Assembly (NCBI GenBank): GCA_010909165.1
Contig: MU008187.1
Coordinates: 624,247 to 688,246, forward strand
From: Anthoceros angustus
Taxonomy: Eukaryota; Plantae; Anthocerotophyta
Length of the DNA: 64,000 nt
Reading direction: 5' to 3'
Part shown: piece after piece, positions 62,138 to 64,000 of the stretch
How positions within the stretch are numbered: the stretch's first letter is position 1
Layout: the number at the start of each line of letters is the position of its first letter
The notes under the pieces: model-generated
Told to the model about the DNA's origin: nothing
Databases searched by the model: none
Seen by the model: only the letters and a program-made list of their open reading frames with translations
Program-made: the position numbers and the translations under genes

Positions 62138-64000
62138 TCATGTTCCCCAACTCATCACCAGGAGCAGCATGAGGCACATCAAGCCGGCGGCATGGCTGCT
62201 GACCAGAGCTGAGCTGATGCCTGCGGACTTGCGAATATCCGGGACCCTGTTAACAACAACCCACAAGAAGCCAGTGTCAGGAGTATGTTAAGAACCCTTT
62301 ATCCTGCAGTACTGGAGGTCATGAAGCAATGCTTACGATGATTGGTAGGTGCATCCTGGGTAGCCTGCACAAAAGCGCAAGAAGGATGGAAGAAGTTAGA
62401 AGAGAAATTCCTGGTAGCAAGGAAGGAAGGAAGAAGGAAATCTGGGAATTTGTTGGTTACTTACTTGGGTCGTTGGTGGTGACGACGGCTGTGCCTCCGA
62501 AATCGCAGGTTCCGCTCGCCGTGTGCTTCTTCTGGTAGTAGTCGTTGTAGGCATAGGAGGCGTGGTCGAAGACGGTGTCGGGGATGTAGCAGGGCTGGCC
62601 GGGCTGGATGGCGGTGCAGTTGGCCTCGCCCTGGCCGCAAGCCCAATTGAGCCCAGGCAGTAGGGCCTGGTCGCCCACGGATCTCTTGGCGATGCACCAC
62701 GTCCTGTTGGCGGTGACGTTGTACACCACCCCGTTCCCGGTGAGGTCGATGCTGTAGACGGCGCTCTGGTTGGGATAGAAGAAGCCCCAATTCCTGTTAG
62801 ACGCCGCCCCCTGCTGGCCGTCCTCGTTGAAGAGCTCGTAGATGAAGGCCTGGATCTCCTGCCCGCGGCGAGCCGGGGTCCCTCCTCCCTTGATCACATG
62901 CGTGACCAGGTTCTGGTTGTAGCTCTGGGCGTTCTGCACGCTGGCGCCGGCCTCGGTGGTGTCGCCCCGGCTCGGCCACCCCGTCTTGAGCACCACCACC
63001 CGCAGGTTGCTGAAGTTGGCAGCGCCCAGAGCCGCGTACACCGCGTCCAGCACGGCGTCGAAGACGTTGGCGTAGTGCAGGTTGGTGATGGTGTCGTTCA
63101 CGCCCACGTTGGGCAGGAAGAGGCAGTAGTCGAGCGGGATGGCGTTGGCGCCCTGCTGGAACAAGTAGAACGGCTGCAGGTTGAGCATGAAGTAGGAGCG
63201 CGTGTCGGAGAGGAACTGCAGCACCGGGTTGAGGTAGAGGGAGAGCAGCGTCTGGTTGAAGGCGCCCATGGAGGGCGGGAAGGAGTTGGTGAGGACGGCC
63301 GTGGAGTGCGGCGTGGAGATGGCGACCTGGGACGCCAGGCTGGCGTTCTTCAAAGCAGCGTAGAGGTTGTTCATGGCCGCCAGCACGAAGGTGTAGGCGT
63401 TGGAGCCGTCGGAGCGGGTGAAGACCTCCTCGCCCACCGCGATGGCCGTGATGTTCACCCCCGAGGTGATGTGGCGCACCACGTTGTTGTTGATCCAGGT
63501 GGTGGCCGCCACCGCGCTCTGCCCCAGCCCCTCCACCTCGCTGTTCTGCACCGAGATGACGAGCTGCAGCCCCGACCCCGCGAACGCCTCCACCTGCGTC
63601 GCGTCCGACCCGTACAGCCTCACGTGCCGCACCCCCAGATTCTTCAGCAGGAGGGCGGCCGCCGCGGGCGACGCCGAGGCATTTGGGTTGGCGAAGTTCG
63701 ACCCATAGCTCACCCCGATGTACCCCCCTGTAGAGCAGCAATGCAGCAAATTCCACACCACCCATCGTCAGCCAAAGCAGCTGCAAAGGCTCCCGACACC
63801 GAACACACACTGCCCACAACCAGCAAACCCAAACCCAAAGCCAAGCCAACAAGCAAGCAAGCCCACCACAGAAGCTGCACATGGAGACAGGAAGGTGGGC
63901 TGGCGGCAATTGCAGGCCCAGGGAGGGAGGGAGGAACCTGCTGGGAAGACGCAGAAGGCGGCGAGCGAGAGCAGCGCGAGGAGAGCTGCCGGAAACGCCC
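62138..64000 (-). CDS. GPI-anchored GH17 beta-1,3-glucanase-like protein with X8 (CBM43) domain; 5'-partial
   Basis: Signal-peptide exon runs off the window end. Exon 62465-63727 has IGVSYG, AIAVGEEV, VVLKTGWPS, IYELFNED and X8 WCIAK...ACGQGEANC...HASYAYNDYYQ. Exon 62337-62364 SYPGCTYQS. Last exon has a hydrophobic GPI tail and stops at 62138-62140. Confidence 0.95.

Overview
Eukaryotic, gene-dense plant nuclear DNA with short GT-AG introns. The compact introns, PLS-class PPR gene and TE types suggest a non-seed land plant, possibly a hornwort; this is inference only. Host genes in order: ferredoxin/metallo-beta-lactamase fusion (5'-partial), folate-biopterin transporter, BiP and GRP94 head-to-head with 557 nt between start codons, a TPR protein, a PWWP protein, tRNA-Leu(AAG), a PLS-E PPR protein, GH51 arabinofuranosidase, an SGS3-like zf-XS/XS/coiled-coil protein with a C-terminal RING finger, an ARID-HMG protein, GET4, and a GPI-anchored GH17-X8 glucanase (5'-partial). 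TE-rich intervals lie at about 14-18 kb, 26.6-31.5 kb and 47.4-58.9 kb. They include an internally deleted Copia with both LTRs, a second Copia RT split by insertions, a hAT/ZNF862-like transposase with a ~1-kb triplication, a Crypton-like tyrosine-recombinase remnant beside an inverted pair of an unknown ORF, and a CRE-like RLE non-LTR 3' end. Best leads: the shared UPRE-containing bidirectional BiP/GRP94 promoter, the SGS3-RING fusion, the Crypton-like relic with its unknown partner ORF, and a GH17 whose catalytic nucleophile reads Lys instead of Glu. All exon boundaries and alignments were made by eye.
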